A DNA stretch of 35,023 nucleotides from IMG/VR virus record IMGVR_UViG_3300025803_000004, positions 1 through 35,023 of that record. One strand, given 5' to 3'. Shown piece after piece: positions 1-10,419 of this stretch. Under the pieces are notes generated by a model. The model did no database searches, had not been told where the DNA came from, and worked only from the letters and a program-made list of their open reading frames with translations. Position numbers and translations under genes: made by a program. Positions within the stretch are counted from its first letter, which is position 1, and each line of letters starts with the position of its first letter. This DNA comes from a virus. Lineage: Duplodnaviria > Caudoviricetes.

Positions 1-136
1 TAGTTCAAAGTAGCGAAACTAAAAAAGCAACTATAAGTCAAGTTATAAATTATATTCATAACACAGATATTACTGCTTCTGATGGTGTTAATCTTGATTT
101 AGACGATTCTCTTTATGATGACTCAAGAATGATTAA
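1..136. repeat. Terminal direct repeat, left copy (probably circular assembly overlap)
   Basis: 1-136 is identical to 34888-35023, and an ORF reads through the junction in frame. Confidence 0.97.
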
Positions 137-389
137 GTTAAGCTGGTCAGGTGGTTCTGGAAATATGGTTTTAAGTTTACCAGATGCTACAACTTCTAAA
201 AGCACAAACAGAATTATAAGAATAGTAACAAATGGAGGTTTTAACACAAACACAAGAGTGAGATTAACTCCTATAGCTGGTCAAACATTAGATGGTTCAT
301 CTAATTATTATGAGTTAAATGTTTCTTATGAAGGATTAATGATTTGGTCAGATGGTTCTGAATGGTTTATAATCCAGAAAAAAGCATAA
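1..389 (+). CDS. 3' part of a ~150 aa putative virion protein that starts at 34824 and crosses the junction
   Basis: ATG 34824 (MSKKISQLNAATEL...) is in frame with the 129..389 ORF after circularisation. It lies in the head module. Confidence 0.8.
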   Translation, partial: VQSSETKKATISQVINYIHNTDITASDGVNLDLDDSLYDDSRMIKLSWSGGSGNMVLSLPDATTSKSTNRIIRIVTNGGFNTNTRVRLTPIAGQTLDGSSNYYELNVSYEGLMIWSDGSEWFIIQKKA

Positions 390-395
390 AAATCT

Positions 396-418
396 AACAA
401 CCCTTTTTCATTTAATTA
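396..418 (+). promoter_or_regulatory. Candidate late promoter AACAA-N12-TAATTA
   Basis: Same spacing as the copies at 2636, 16236 and 26048; upstream of scaffold/capsid genes. Confidence 0.5.
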
Positions 419-454
419 CTTTAATAGTAAAATTAATTTTATAATACTTAATTT

Positions 455-988
455 ATGGAAAAACAAAAAGCTACATCAATTCTAAACGACATCATGGAGA
501 GACTATCTCTAATTAAAAAAGATGACGTTAAAGAAGTTGAGCTTAAAGAAGAAGAAGTTCAGCTTTCTGAGCAGCTTACTGAAGTAGAAGAAATGTCTAA
601 GGAACTTACAGAACTTGCTTGTCAAGAAGAAGTAGTTGCAGAAGAACTTTCTTCTGATGAGGTTGAAGCTGAAAAATTAGAAGAAGAAGCTCCTGTAGAG
701 GAAGTTTCTGAAGAAATTGAAATGGACGAAGATAAGTACGTTTCAAGAGAAGAATTTGATTCTAAAATCAAATCAATTATGGATAAGATTGATGAGATGA
801 AGTTAGGTTACGATAAAGAAAAAGTTTCTATGAGTAAACAAATAGAAGAGCTTTCTAAAGAACCTGCTGCAGAACCAATCAATCAAGGTTCAGAGAATGA
901 ACCACTAAAGAAAATATTATATGCACAGAATAGAGCATATACTACTAAAGATAGAGTATTAAACTCAATTTATAACATTAATAATTAA
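455..988 (+). CDS. Putative capsid scaffolding protein
   Basis: Very acidic, coiled-coil-like, directly upstream of the capsid gene. Confidence 0.65.
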   Translation: MEKQKATSILNDIMERLSLIKKDDVKEVELKEEEVQLSEQLTEVEEMSKELTELACQEEVVAEELSSDEVEAEKLEEEAPVEEVSEEIEMDEDKYVSREEFDSKIKSIMDKIDEMKLGYDKEKVSMSKQIEELSKEPAAEPINQGSENEPLKKILYAQNRAYTTKDRVLNSIYNINN

Positions 989-1000
989 ATAGATTAAAAA

Positions 1001-1948
1001 ATGGCTACAACCACTTCAATTACTACTACTTATGCTGGGGAATTTGCTGGTAAGTATATTTCTGCTGCATTACTATCTGGTGATACTTTAAATAGAGGTA
1101 ACATCGAGATTAAACCTAATGTAAAGTTCAAAGAGGTAATCAAAAAAGTTGCAACTGATTCTAACGTAATCAAAGATGCTACTTGTGATTTTACTGATAC
1201 TGCAACTGTTACATTGACTGAAAGAGTTTTACAACCTGAAGAGTTCCAAGTGAACCTTGAGTTATGTAAAAAAGACTTTAGAAGCGACTGGGAAGCAGTT
1301 CAAATGGGCTACTCAGTATATGACAACCTACCTCCAAAATTCTCTGACTTCTTAATCGGGCACGTTGCTGGATTAGTTGCTGAGAAAACTGAATCTAATA
1401 TCTGGGGAGGTGTTAACGGAAACGCTGGTGAGTTTGACGGATTTACAGTTTTAATGGCTGCTGATTCTGATGTAAACGATGCTGCTAATGGTTCTGAAAC
1501 TTCATTTACTTCATCTAACATCGTTACTTTATTAAGTAATGTTGTTGATGCAATTCCAAATGCAGTTTACGGAAAAGAGGATTTAAAAATCTTCGTTCCA
1601 CCAGTTGCATACCAAGCGTATATCAGACACTTAGGAGGATATGGTGCTAACGGACTAGGAGCTCAAGGTTATGATAATAAAGGAAACCAATGGTATAACA
1701 GCAATGCTTCAATATCTTTTGAAGGTATCGAAGTTGTTTATACACCAGGTATGCCTTCTGACCATGCTGTTGCTGGACAAAAATCTAACTTATACTTTGG
1801 TACAGGATTAATTGCTGACCATAATGAAGTAAAAGTATTAGATATGGCTGACTTAGATGGTTCTCAAAACGTAAGAGTTGTTATGAGATTTACATCTGGT
1901 ATTCAGTATGGAATCGGTTCAGATTTAGTATTATTAACATTAGCTTAA
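1001..1948 (+). CDS. Major capsid protein
   Basis: 315 aa, follows protease and scaffold, ends at a strong terminator. Resembles capsid proteins of flavobacterial phages (recall, not searched). Confidence 0.85.
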   Translation: MATTTSITTTYAGEFAGKYISAALLSGDTLNRGNIEIKPNVKFKEVIKKVATDSNVIKDATCDFTDTATVTLTERVLQPEEFQVNLELCKKDFRSDWEAVQMGYSVYDNLPPKFSDFLIGHVAGLVAEKTESNIWGGVNGNAGEFDGFTVLMAADSDVNDAANGSETSFTSSNIVTLLSNVVDAIPNAVYGKEDLKIFVPPVAYQAYIRHLGGYGANGLGAQGYDNKGNQWYNSNASISFEGIEVVYTPGMPSDHAVAGQKSNLYFGTGLIADHNEVKVLDMADLDGSQNVRVVMRFTSGIQYGIGSDLVLLTLA

Positions 1949-1970
1949 TAATTAAATAATTGTATAACAT

Positions 1971-2007
1971 AAGAAGGGTAGGTGGTGTATTCTACCTGCC
2001 CTTTTTT
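1971..2007 (+). terminator. Intrinsic terminator
   Basis: AAGGGTAGGT...ACCTGCCCTT stem followed by a T run. Confidence 0.85.
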
Positions 2008-2025
2008 ATTAAAAAATAAAATATT

Positions 2026-2574
2026 ATGGCTTGTGATTTAACATTAGGAAGAAAAGAACCATGTAAAGACGTAGTTGGTGGTATTAGAGCTGTCTATTTC
2101 ACAGATTTTGGTGATTTAGGCACAATAACACTTACTAATGATGAGATTACAGATATGAGTGGAGAATTTACTGCATTTAAATATGAAGTAAAAGGAAATT
2201 CATCATTTGAGCAAAACATCACCTCGTCAAGAGAAAATGGTACAACTTTCTTTGAACAAACATTAAACTTAACATTACATAAATTAACAAAAGAAGATAA
2301 TAAAGAATTAAAACTTATTGCTTTTGGAAGACCTCATGTAGCTGTTGAAGATTATAATGGAAATGTATTTTTAATGGGTAGAGAGCATGGAGCTGATGTA
2401 TCTGGTGGTACAATAGTTACTGGTGCTGCTATGGGAGATTTAAGTGGTTATACACTTACTTTATCTGCTATGGAAACTTTACCTGCTAACTTTGTTGCTA
2501 GTCCAACTTCTGCTGACCCTTATGCTGGAATGAGTAGTGCGACTGTAACAGTAACAGTAGGAACTAATTCTTAA
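2026..2574 (+). CDS. Putative major tail (tube) protein
   Basis: 182 aa, Thr/Gly-rich beta-type sequence, flanked by terminators as expected for an abundant virion protein. Confidence 0.6.
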   Translation: MACDLTLGRKEPCKDVVGGIRAVYFTDFGDLGTITLTNDEITDMSGEFTAFKYEVKGNSSFEQNITSSRENGTTFFEQTLNLTLHKLTKEDNKELKLIAFGRPHVAVEDYNGNVFLMGREHGADVSGGTIVTGAAMGDLSGYTLTLSAMETLPANFVASPTSADPYAGMSSATVTVTVGTNS

Positions 2575-2598
2575 TAATTAGATATACTTTGTGAATTT

Positions 2599-2630
2599 AA
2601 AAGAGGGGTACTTTATGTATCCCTTTTTTT
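2599..2630 (+). terminator. Intrinsic terminator
   Basis: GAGGGGTAC-tttat-GTATCCCTT stem plus T run. Confidence 0.85.
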
Positions 2631-2635
2631 ATGCA

Positions 2636-2658
2636 AACAATTTATTATATATTTATTA
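2636..2658 (+). promoter_or_regulatory. Candidate late promoter AACAA-N12-TTATTA
   Basis: Sits between a terminator and ATG 2667. Confidence 0.55.
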
Positions 2659-2666
2659 TTTATAAT

Positions 2667-3002
2667 ATGATAATATTAACAACATCAACAAGTTCGCAAA
2701 CTTTTAAGATAATTCCTAGAAGCGCACCGAGCTCTGTTACATTTAATCTTACTGATAAATCTAAACGTACTACAACTACAGTTTCAGTCTCAGTAAGCAA
2801 TTCAAACGGATATATGTCAATTACTGGCACATTTGGATTAATTGCCAATAGATTTTATTCGTTTGTAGTAAAAGATGGTAATACAATTATATATAGAGGA
2901 AGTATATTTTGTACTGACCAAACTGACTATAACGTATTTGATGTTCACTCTGGAGATTATACTACAGAAAACTCATACGATAATGATTTTGTAATAATAT
3001 GA
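2667..3002 (+). CDS. Hypothetical virion protein (start moved to 2667)
   Basis: ATG 2631 abuts the terminator and precedes the promoter motif. The stop overlaps the portal start (ATGA). Confidence 0.7.
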   Translation: MIILTTSTSSQTFKIIPRSAPSSVTFNLTDKSKRTTTTVSVSVSNSNGYMSITGTFGLIANRFYSFVVKDGNTIIYRGSIFCTDQTDYNVFDVHSGDYTTENSYDNDFVII

Positions 3003-4261
3003 CAAAAAAGACAAACAGAGCTATGAGAAGAAAACTTAGTGCTCCACAACCAAAATTAGAAATACAACAAGGTAAAATCCATGTTGTAAATCTTGCCTCC
3101 TATACAAGACCTGAGATTAATGAAAGATATAATCAAGATTGGATTGAATATGGAGATGATAACAATTATTTTCAATACTTAATAGATAGATACAACGGAA
3201 GTCCTACAAACAATGCTGCAATTAATGGTATTGCAGAAATGGTATATGGTAAAGGATTGGATGCTGTTGATAGTATTGATAAACCTGAAGAATATAAAGA
3301 ACTCAAAGAATTATTCACTAAGGATTGTATGAAAAAGATATGTTATGACTATAAAATGATGGGTCAAGCTGCACTTCAAATAATCTATTCTAAAGACCGT
3401 TCTAAGATTGTTCAGGTAGAACACATCCCTGTAGAGACGTTAAGGGCAGAGAAGGTAAATAATCAAGGTATAATCAAGCATTATTACTATGCAAAAGACT
3501 GGTCAGAAATAAAAGGCAGTAAAGTGCCAAAAAGAATACCTGCTTTTGGAACAAGTAATGCAGGATTAGAAATACTTTATATCAAACCTTATAGAGCAGG
3601 GTTTTATTATTATTCTCCTGTAGATTATCAAGGAGGTTTACAATACGCAGAGCTTGAAGAAGAGATAGCGAATTACCATATTAATAATATACAGAACGGT
3701 CTTGCGCCTAGTATGCTTATTAACTTTAATAATGGTGTACCTACGGAAGAACAAAGAGAAATGATTGAAAGAAGCATACAAGAAAAGTTTAGTGGTTCGT
3801 CTAATGCTGGTAGATTTATATTGGCATTTAATGATAGCAAAGACCTTGCAGCTTCTATAGAACCTGTCATACTTTCTGATGCTCATGAACAATACAGATT
3901 TTTATCTGATGAATCTATGAGAAAAGTTATGGTATCACATAGAATTGTATCTCCTATGTTGGTAGGTATAAAAGATAATACTGGTCTTGGCAATAATGCT
4001 GAAGAATTACAAACAGCATCAATTCTAATGGATAATACTGTTATAAGACCTATGCAAGTTACTATACTTGATGAATTAGAAAAGATATTAGATTACAATG
4101 GTATTGAATTAGATATATACTTTAAAACATTACAACCTCTTGAATTTACTGATTTAACAAATGCGATTACTGATGCAGAAGTTGAAAAGGAAACAGGTAT
4201 AAAAAAAGAGGACCAAGAACCAGAACAAGAAGTCGAACAACCTGAAAATATTGAAGAATAA
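2999..4261 (+). CDS. Portal protein
   Basis: 420 aa with portal-like segments (NGLAPSMLINFNNG, FSGSSNAGRFIL, VSHRIVSPMLVG). Confidence 0.85.
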   Translation: MTKKTNRAMRRKLSAPQPKLEIQQGKIHVVNLASYTRPEINERYNQDWIEYGDDNNYFQYLIDRYNGSPTNNAAINGIAEMVYGKGLDAVDSIDKPEEYKELKELFTKDCMKKICYDYKMMGQAALQIIYSKDRSKIVQVEHIPVETLRAEKVNNQGIIKHYYYAKDWSEIKGSKVPKRIPAFGTSNAGLEILYIKPYRAGFYYYSPVDYQGGLQYAELEEEIANYHINNIQNGLAPSMLINFNNGVPTEEQREMIERSIQEKFSGSSNAGRFILAFNDSKDLAASIEPVILSDAHEQYRFLSDESMRKVMVSHRIVSPMLVGIKDNTGLGNNAEELQTASILMDNTVIRPMQVTILDELEKILDYNGIELDIYFKTLQPLEFTDLTNAITDAEVEKETGIKKEDQEPEQEVEQPENIEE

Positions 4262-4764
4262 TGGCAACAGCACTATTTATAAAAAGGTCAGATATTGTAA
4301 AAAATACAGCATTAAATGCTAATGTTGATACAGATAAATTTATACAATTTATTGCTCTGGCTCAAGAGATTCATGTACAGAATTATTTAGGTACTGATTT
4401 ATATGATAAAATTAGTGCAGATATAATTGCTGGTACGTTAAGCGGTGATTATTTAAGTTTAGTAAATGATTACATACAACCTATGTTAATTCATTTTGCT
4501 ATGATTGAATATTTACCATTTGCAGCATATTCTATATCAAATGGAGGTGTATTTAAACATAATTCAGAAAATAGTTCTCTTGCCAGTAAAGATGAGATTG
4601 ACTTCTTAATTCAAAAGGAAAGAGATTATGCTGAATATTATGCGCAGAGATTTATAGATTATATGAGTTTTAATGCACCAAGTAAATTTAGTGAGTATTA
4701 TAGTAACAACAATGAAGATATATATCCTGATAAAGATACAGGGTTTCATGGATGGCAACTATAA
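4261..4764 (+). CDS. Putative head-tail adaptor/connector
   Basis: Helical 167 aa protein coupled (TAATG) to the portal gene. Confidence 0.55.
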   Translation: MATALFIKRSDIVKNTALNANVDTDKFIQFIALAQEIHVQNYLGTDLYDKISADIIAGTLSGDYLSLVNDYIQPMLIHFAMIEYLPFAAYSISNGGVFKHNSENSSLASKDEIDFLIQKERDYAEYYAQRFIDYMSFNAPSKFSEYYSNNNEDIYPDKDTGFHGWQL

Positions 4765-4847
4765 AAAAGACATATAAACCTAAACAGGTTAATCAAAAAA
4801 AACTATTAACTTATCTGAATAAGATAAATAATAAAACAAATAAATAA
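4752..4847 (+). CDS. 31 aa basic micro-protein (not in ORF track)
   Basis: MATIKKTYKPKQVNQKKLLTYLNKINNKTNK fills the gap; its TAA overlaps the fibre ATG. Confidence 0.6.
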   Translation: MATIKKTYKPKQVNQKKLLTYLNKINNKTNK

Positions 4848-7800
4848 TGGCTTCATTATCAGGAAATAAAATAAAAGATACTTATCAGTCATTAATCAAA
4901 CTAACAGATAATGGCAATTTAACCACAGGAGCTAAACAACTTACTGATGGTTTTGGCAATAATTCTCCTTTATATATCTCTACAACTCAAATAGGTATAG
5001 GAGTAACACCAGAAGCAACTTTTGACCTTCACGTTTATCAAAATGCAAAAGTAGGAGGTAATTTAACAATAACAGGAGATTTAACAGTAAACGGAACAAC
5101 AACAACTGTAGGAACAGATACATTATCTGTAAAAGACCCATTAATAGTATTAGCTAATAATAACACAAGTGCAGATTCAGTAGATATAGGATTTTATGGT
5201 AAGTACGCACCTAGTGGAACAACTTTATACGCAGGTCTATTTAGAGACACAGGAGACAATAAATTTAAACTATTTAGAGATTTAGAAGAAGAACCAACAA
5301 CTACAGTTAATACAAGTGGTACAGGTTATACTAAAGCAGGTTTAGTTATTGGCGGTTTAGAAGCAACAACAGGGAGCTTTGCTGATGATATAACTTTAGC
5401 TGCTACAAAACGTCTTAAATATGCAGATGAAAAAATTATTATAGGTAACACAAATTCAACCTTAGGCAATCAAGCAATTAGTTTAGGTTACGATGCGGAC
5501 TCTACAGGAAATCAATCTATCGGTATAGGTTATAACCCTGAAGCAAGTGGAACATATTCTGTAGCTATTGGATATAATGTTACAGCTAGTGGTACAGGCA
5601 CATTTGTTTTTGGAACGAGTGGTTCTCATAGTGATGATAACACTCTTGTTGCTAGTGGGTTAGATTTAAAAGTTACAGGTACAGGACAAAGTAGTTTTGC
5701 AGGACAAGTTACTATACCTGCTACTCCAAGTGCAAGTACAGATGCAGCAAGTAAAGGATATGTAGATAGTCAAGTAGGTGCTAATAACGAATTATCAGAA
5801 GTATTAGCAAACGGAAACACTACAGGAGGTACAGATATATCGGTAAGTAGCGGAGACGATATTACTTTTGCAGATAGCAGTAAAAGTATTTATGGTGCAG
5901 GTAGTGATTTACAAATATATAGTGACGGAAGTTACAATTATATTCATTGCACAAGTAATGAATTAAGAATAAGGTCAAATACTTTAAGATTACTTAATTC
6001 GGCTGGTACAGCAAACTATATAACTGCTGATAATTTACAAGCAGTACAATTATACTATAATAACTCTAAAAAGTTTGAAACTACAAGCACAGGTGTTACA
6101 GTTACAGGCGCAGTTAGTGCAACTACTTTTAGTGGTCAATTAGATGGAACAATAAGTTCTGCAACTACAGCTACAACTCAAAGTGATGGAGATAATTCTA
6201 CTAAAGTTGCTACAACTGCTTATGTTGATACAGCTATACAAGGACACGATACATTAGCAGAAGTTTTAGTTGGCGGAAATACTACAGGGGCAACTAAAAT
6301 AGAAGTAAACAACACTTCAAGTGGAATAGATTTTATAGACAATGCAAAAGCAAGATTTGGAACAGATGATGATTTAGAAATATATCATAATGGTACAAAC
6401 GCAGTAATTGATAATGGTACAAATAATATAGTATTTAACGTAGCAGGTAAAACTATAATAAATTCAAGCAGTACAGACAATGAATTAAATTTAGGACACA
6501 GCTCAGGAAACTGGTTTGCAAAAGCAACTAATAGTAATACACTTATAATAGGTAGCGAAAGTAATGCTACAAACAATATAACGCTTGACACTACAAATGG
6601 AGGAAGTGCAACTTTTTCAGGAGATGTTACTGTAACAGGTGGCGATTTAACTTTAGGTACTGATTCAATAGCTTCTAATATTAATGCAGTTGGAGATGTT
6701 TTAGGTATTAATGTGGATAGCAATACAGGTGGAGGTGCAGGTGCTAATATTCAATTAAAAACAGCAGGAACTACACAACTTACAATTAATAGTTCATCAG
6801 CAACTTTTGCAGGTCGAGTAGGAATAGGACAATCTGCAGGTACTGCTAAATTAGAAGTAGCAGGTGAAGCGAGAGTTTATACAGGTTCAAATCTAGGTTA
6901 CTGGGGTGTTGATTCAGGTAATTCTTATGTTTACTTTGGTACAAATACATCAGGATATGGTTTGTCTTTTCAAACTAGTGGTTCTGAAAGAGTTCGTATA
7001 GACAGTTCAGGTCGAGTAGGAATAAATCAAACTTCTCCTAGTTCATTTTTCGCTAATGCTTCTCAATTAGTTATTGGAGATGGAAGTACAAGTAGAGGTA
7101 TGACTATTTATGGTTCAAGTGCAGGTGATAGTCAGATATTTTTTGCTGATGGAGTAACAGGAGACCAACAATATAGAGGAATATTTAGATATGAGCATTC
7201 TTCAGATGCTATGGTTATGTTTACTTCAGCCACAGAAAGAATGCGTATAGATAGTTCAGGTACTGTATCTATTGGAAGTTCTGCTACATCAACAGATAGA
7301 AGGTTTCAAGTAACAGGAACAAATACAGATTTATCTGCAACTACAACACAATTTGGTATTGTAAATAATCCTACATATCCTAACACTATAACAAGCAATA
7401 TTTATAACTTATATACAGGGCCTAATGTAACAAGTGGAGCAACACTAACTAATTTATATAATTTATATTTAGAAGCAAATAATTATTCAGGTTCAACTGT
7501 AACAAATTCATATGGTTTATATCAAGCAGGTACTTCTGACAAAAATTATTTTGCAGGAAACGTAGGAATTGGAGTAACTTCGCCTTTAGGTAGTTCTAAA
7601 TTGCACGTTTCATCAGCCAATGGAACAGCTTATACTTCAAATGCACAATTAAGAGTAAGTGGAGGTGCTACTAATAATAATAGAGCAACTATTTTATTTA
7701 GTGATGATGCTTTATCAGATGGTAAACTGTCTTATTACCCTGCAAGTGGTACAAGTGCATATTTTTCATTATCTGCGAGAGGTACAGAAGCAGATTTTAT

Positions 7801-9184
7801 AGTAAAAGCAGATGGAAACGTAGGAATTGGATTGACTAGTCCTGCGGCTAAATTAGAGGTTTATGGAAATGTACAAAACAACACTACAAGTATAGCTAAT
7901 TCTGCTGCTTACATACGAGGAGCAGATGTAGGTATAGCTATCGGTCAATCGGCTTCTTCTCCATACGGTACTTGGGTTCAATCTCAAAGAAATTCAGACG
8001 GAGTAACTTTTCCTTTATCATTAAATCCATCGGGTGGTAATGTGGGAATTGGAACAACTTCGCCAAATGCTAAATTAGAAATTGGTAGTGGTCAAGCAAA
8101 AACTGTTACATCTGGTGTAGAATGGGCAAGATTTGGAACATCAAATGAAGCATCAAATTATGCAACTCTAACTTGTGAAGTAAAAGGTGGAGCAACGGCT
8201 GCTGATAGAAAATGGATATTTCAAACAATAGAATCTGGAGTTGCTAATGCAGGTAATATAATTTTTCAACCTTCTGGTGGAAACGTAGGCATTGGTACTG
8301 ATTCGCCTAGAAATGATGCAAATTTTGTTACTTTACAAGTTGGAAACACAACAACTGGAGGTTCTCAAATAGTATTAGATGACAACGATACAAATGGACC
8401 TTGGAGAATCATAAGTAATCAATCTTTAATAATTAATGATGATGCAACAGAAAGAATGCGTATAGATTCTTCAGGAAATATCAAAACTGGGGATAATATA
8501 AAAATTATGGGGACTACTTTTGGTGATAGCTTTTTATCATTTTCATCAAATGGCAATACAGTATTAAAAGCAAATGATGATGTTGTAATTGGATACTCTA
8601 GTAGTTTGTATGTAAAACAAGGTGGAAACGTAGGAATTGGAACATCTTTGCCTGGATATATGCTTCACGTGCAAAGTAATAGTTCAAGTACATCAGCTGC
8701 TTTTTTTAGACCTAATGTTATTGGGTCAGGAGACCCTGCTGAACCTACAACTGTTTTTATTGATGGACAAAAAGCCGCTGCATTAGATATAAATAGATTT
8801 TATTCTCACGGAACTATAGTAAATATAAGACAAAACAATTCTAATGTAGGTAGCATAAGCGTTACAGGTGTTGCTACGTCTTATAACACATCTTCAGATT
8901 ATAGATTAAAAGAGAACGTAGTTGAAATGACTGATGCTTTAGATAGAGTAAGTCAATTAAAACCTAGTAGATTTAATTTTATAGGACACGAAGAAATAGT
9001 AGATGGATTTTTAGCACACGAAGTAAGTGATATAGTGCCAGAAGCAATTACAGGTACTAAAGATGAAGTAGATGCAGAAGGCAATCCTGTTTATCAAGGA
9101 ATAGACCAAAGTAAATTAGTACCATTATTAGTTGGTGCGATACAAGAATTACAAAAAAGAATAGAAATATTAGAAAATAAATAA
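4847..9184 (+). CDS. Long tail fibre with C-terminal intramolecular chaperone (peptidase S74-like)
   Basis: 1445 aa, G/S/T/N-rich, GNVGIG and ERMRIDSSG repeats, short YadA-head-like repeats (AISLG, SIGIG, SVAIG), then SDYRLKEN...GFLAHEV...PEA and a terminal coiled coil. Confidence 0.92.
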   Translation: MASLSGNKIKDTYQSLIKLTDNGNLTTGAKQLTDGFGNNSPLYISTTQIGIGVTPEATFDLHVYQNAKVGGNLTITGDLTVNGTTTTVGTDTLSVKDPLIVLANNNTSADSVDIGFYGKYAPSGTTLYAGLFRDTGDNKFKLFRDLEEEPTTTVNTSGTGYTKAGLVIGGLEATTGSFADDITLAATKRLKYADEKIIIGNTNSTLGNQAISLGYDADSTGNQSIGIGYNPEASGTYSVAIGYNVTASGTGTFVFGTSGSHSDDNTLVASGLDLKVTGTGQSSFAGQVTIPATPSASTDAASKGYVDSQVGANNELSEVLANGNTTGGTDISVSSGDDITFADSSKSIYGAGSDLQIYSDGSYNYIHCTSNELRIRSNTLRLLNSAGTANYITADNLQAVQLYYNNSKKFETTSTGVTVTGAVSATTFSGQLDGTISSATTATTQSDGDNSTKVATTAYVDTAIQGHDTLAEVLVGGNTTGATKIEVNNTSSGIDFIDNAKARFGTDDDLEIYHNGTNAVIDNGTNNIVFNVAGKTIINSSSTDNELNLGHSSGNWFAKATNSNTLIIGSESNATNNITLDTTNGGSATFSGDVTVTGGDLTLGTDSIASNINAVGDVLGINVDSNTGGGAGANIQLKTAGTTQLTINSSSATFAGRVGIGQSAGTAKLEVAGEARVYTGSNLGYWGVDSGNSYVYFGTNTSGYGLSFQTSGSERVRIDSSGRVGINQTSPSSFFANASQLVIGDGSTSRGMTIYGSSAGDSQIFFADGVTGDQQYRGIFRYEHSSDAMVMFTSATERMRIDSSGTVSIGSSATSTDRRFQVTGTNTDLSATTTQFGIVNNPTYPNTITSNIYNLYTGPNVTSGATLTNLYNLYLEANNYSGSTVTNSYGLYQAGTSDKNYFAGNVGIGVTSPLGSSKLHVSSANGTAYTSNAQLRVSGGATNNNRATILFSDDALSDGKLSYYPASGTSAYFSLSARGTEADFIVKADGNVGIGLTSPAAKLEVYGNVQNNTTSIANSAAYIRGADVGIAIGQSASSPYGTWVQSQRNSDGVTFPLSLNPSGGNVGIGTTSPNAKLEIGSGQAKTVTSGVEWARFGTSNEASNYATLTCEVKGGATAADRKWIFQTIESGVANAGNIIFQPSGGNVGIGTDSPRNDANFVTLQVGNTTTGGSQIVLDDNDTNGPWRIISNQSLIINDDATERMRIDSSGNIKTGDNIKIMGTTFGDSFLSFSSNGNTVLKANDDVVIGYSSSLYVKQGGNVGIGTSLPGYMLHVQSNSSSTSAAFFRPNVIGSGDPAEPTTVFIDGQKAAALDINRFYSHGTIVNIRQNNSNVGSISVTGVATSYNTSSDYRLKENVVEMTDALDRVSQLKPSRFNFIGHEEIVDGFLAHEVSDIVPEAITGTKDEVDAEGNPVYQGIDQSKLVPLLVGAIQELQKRIEILENK

Positions 9185-9186
9185 TT

Positions 9187-9510
9187 ATGGCAAATACTTA
9201 TAATTGGAGAATTAACGCATTAGATGCAAAAATCCACGAAGGAGATAACGATAATGTTATCTATACTGTACATTGGAGCTACATAGCTACTGATGAGACA
9301 GGCGAGTATTCAGCAAGTAGTATTGGTACTATGGGCGTTGAATATAATCCTGAAGAACCTTTTATTGAATATGCTGACTTAACTAAAGAAGATGTAGTCG
9401 GATGGTTAGAAGAAGGTTTAGATGTTGAAACGATGAAATCTAGTTTAGACAATCAAATAGAGTTAAAGATAAATCCAGTTGACGAAACACTAAGACCTGA
9501 CTGGGATTAA
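9187..9510 (+). CDS. Hypothetical, probably tail-fibre-associated protein
   Basis: Acidic 107 aa protein directly after the fibre gene. Confidence 0.55.
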   Translation: MANTYNWRINALDAKIHEGDNDNVIYTVHWSYIATDETGEYSASSIGTMGVEYNPEEPFIEYADLTKEDVVGWLEEGLDVETMKSSLDNQIELKINPVDETLRPDWD

Positions 9511-9539
9511 TTTATTATATTTGAATAAAATTTAATATT

Positions 9540-9785
9540 ATGTCAAAAATTACAAAAGAAGAACTAGAAACTTTATCAGAATCACAAAAGAAGTACGCTG
9601 CTATAAAGCACGACTTAGGACAACTTGAAGTACAGAAACACGGATTATTACATATGTGGGCTGCTATTCAAGAAGAAGATAACAAATTCAAACAAGAGCT
9701 AGAAGAAAAGTATGGTAAAATAAATATCAACTTAGAAGATGGTTCTTATGAAGAAATAAAAGAAGAAGAACAAGATAAAAATTAA
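9540..9785 (+). CDS. Hypothetical coiled-coil protein
   Basis: ORF in operon; a TATATTTG (TAnnTTTG) element lies just upstream. Confidence 0.7.
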   Translation: MSKITKEELETLSESQKKYAAIKHDLGQLEVQKHGLLHMWAAIQEEDNKFKQELEEKYGKININLEDGSYEEIKEEEQDKN

Positions 9786-9790
9786 TTAAA

Positions 9791-10078
9791 ATGAGCAAAC
9801 CAAGTGAAATAGGAGAAGACACTAAGCTAACCTTAGATTTAAAAACAATCGGAATAGTTATAGCTGGAGCAGTTTCACTTGCTTTAATGTACACAGACCT
9901 TAATAAAGAAATTGAGGTTGCCAAAGAACTACCTAAACCTGAATTAACAAGAACAGAATATGATTTAAAAGACCAGTTAATCAGGGAGACTATTGAAAAT
10001 ACAGCAGAGCAAGTGCAAGAAAACTCAGAGAAACTAGACAAAATAGATGAGAAATTATATGAAATTATACAGAGATGA
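9791..10078 (+). CDS. Membrane-anchored coiled-coil protein in the lysis region
   Basis: One hydrophobic helix (TIGIVIAGAVSLALMY) followed by a coiled coil. Confidence 0.6.
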   Translation: MSKPSEIGEDTKLTLDLKTIGIVIAGAVSLALMYTDLNKEIEVAKELPKPELTRTEYDLKDQLIRETIENTAEQVQENSEKLDKIDEKLYEIIQR

Positions 10079-10413
10079 AAAAAATACTTGCCCTGATTGC
10101 ATTTTTTGTATTTGCAATATCCAGTAGTCAAGAATATACTGTATTACACATTAATAGTTCTTGGAATTGGAAAAACGATTATAAGCATCTTAATAAAATA
10201 GAAGGTGCTAAAATTGTAAAGGCTTTATTAGAAGAACAAAATCCTTCAATAAAAAGTCAAATAAAAGCTGTACCTGTAATATTTATTTATAAAGATAGAA
10301 GCGTTATAGGTAGATGGGATGCTGATATTTCATTAACTATAAAAGCATCTGTTGAAGAAATACAAGATGTAATAAATAAAAGTAAATATACAAGAAGAGC
10401 ATCAACTAACTAA
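10075..10413 (+). CDS. Exported protein, possibly cysteine-free thioredoxin-like fold
   Basis: Signal peptide MKKILALIAFFVFAISSS; IKAVPVIFIYKD resembles the thioredoxin cis-Pro strand; no Cys in the protein. Confidence 0.5.
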   Translation: MKKILALIAFFVFAISSSQEYTVLHINSSWNWKNDYKHLNKIEGAKIVKALLEEQNPSIKSQIKAVPVIFIYKDRSVIGRWDADISLTIKASVEEIQDVINKSKYTRRASTN

Positions 10414-10419
10414 TAAATT

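Noticed and set aside
1-136. 136-bp repeat as a biological terminal repeat
   Set aside because: It lies mid-gene with the frame continuing across the junction, typical of assembler overlap on a circular or permuted genome.
405-418. TTTTCATTTAATTA as another anti-start tract
   Set aside because: It falls in the spacer of the candidate late promoter and the match to real starts is short.
4847-9184. Diversity-generating retroelement or invertible fibre cassette
   Set aside because: No reverse transcriptase, invertase or adenine-variant template repeat seen.
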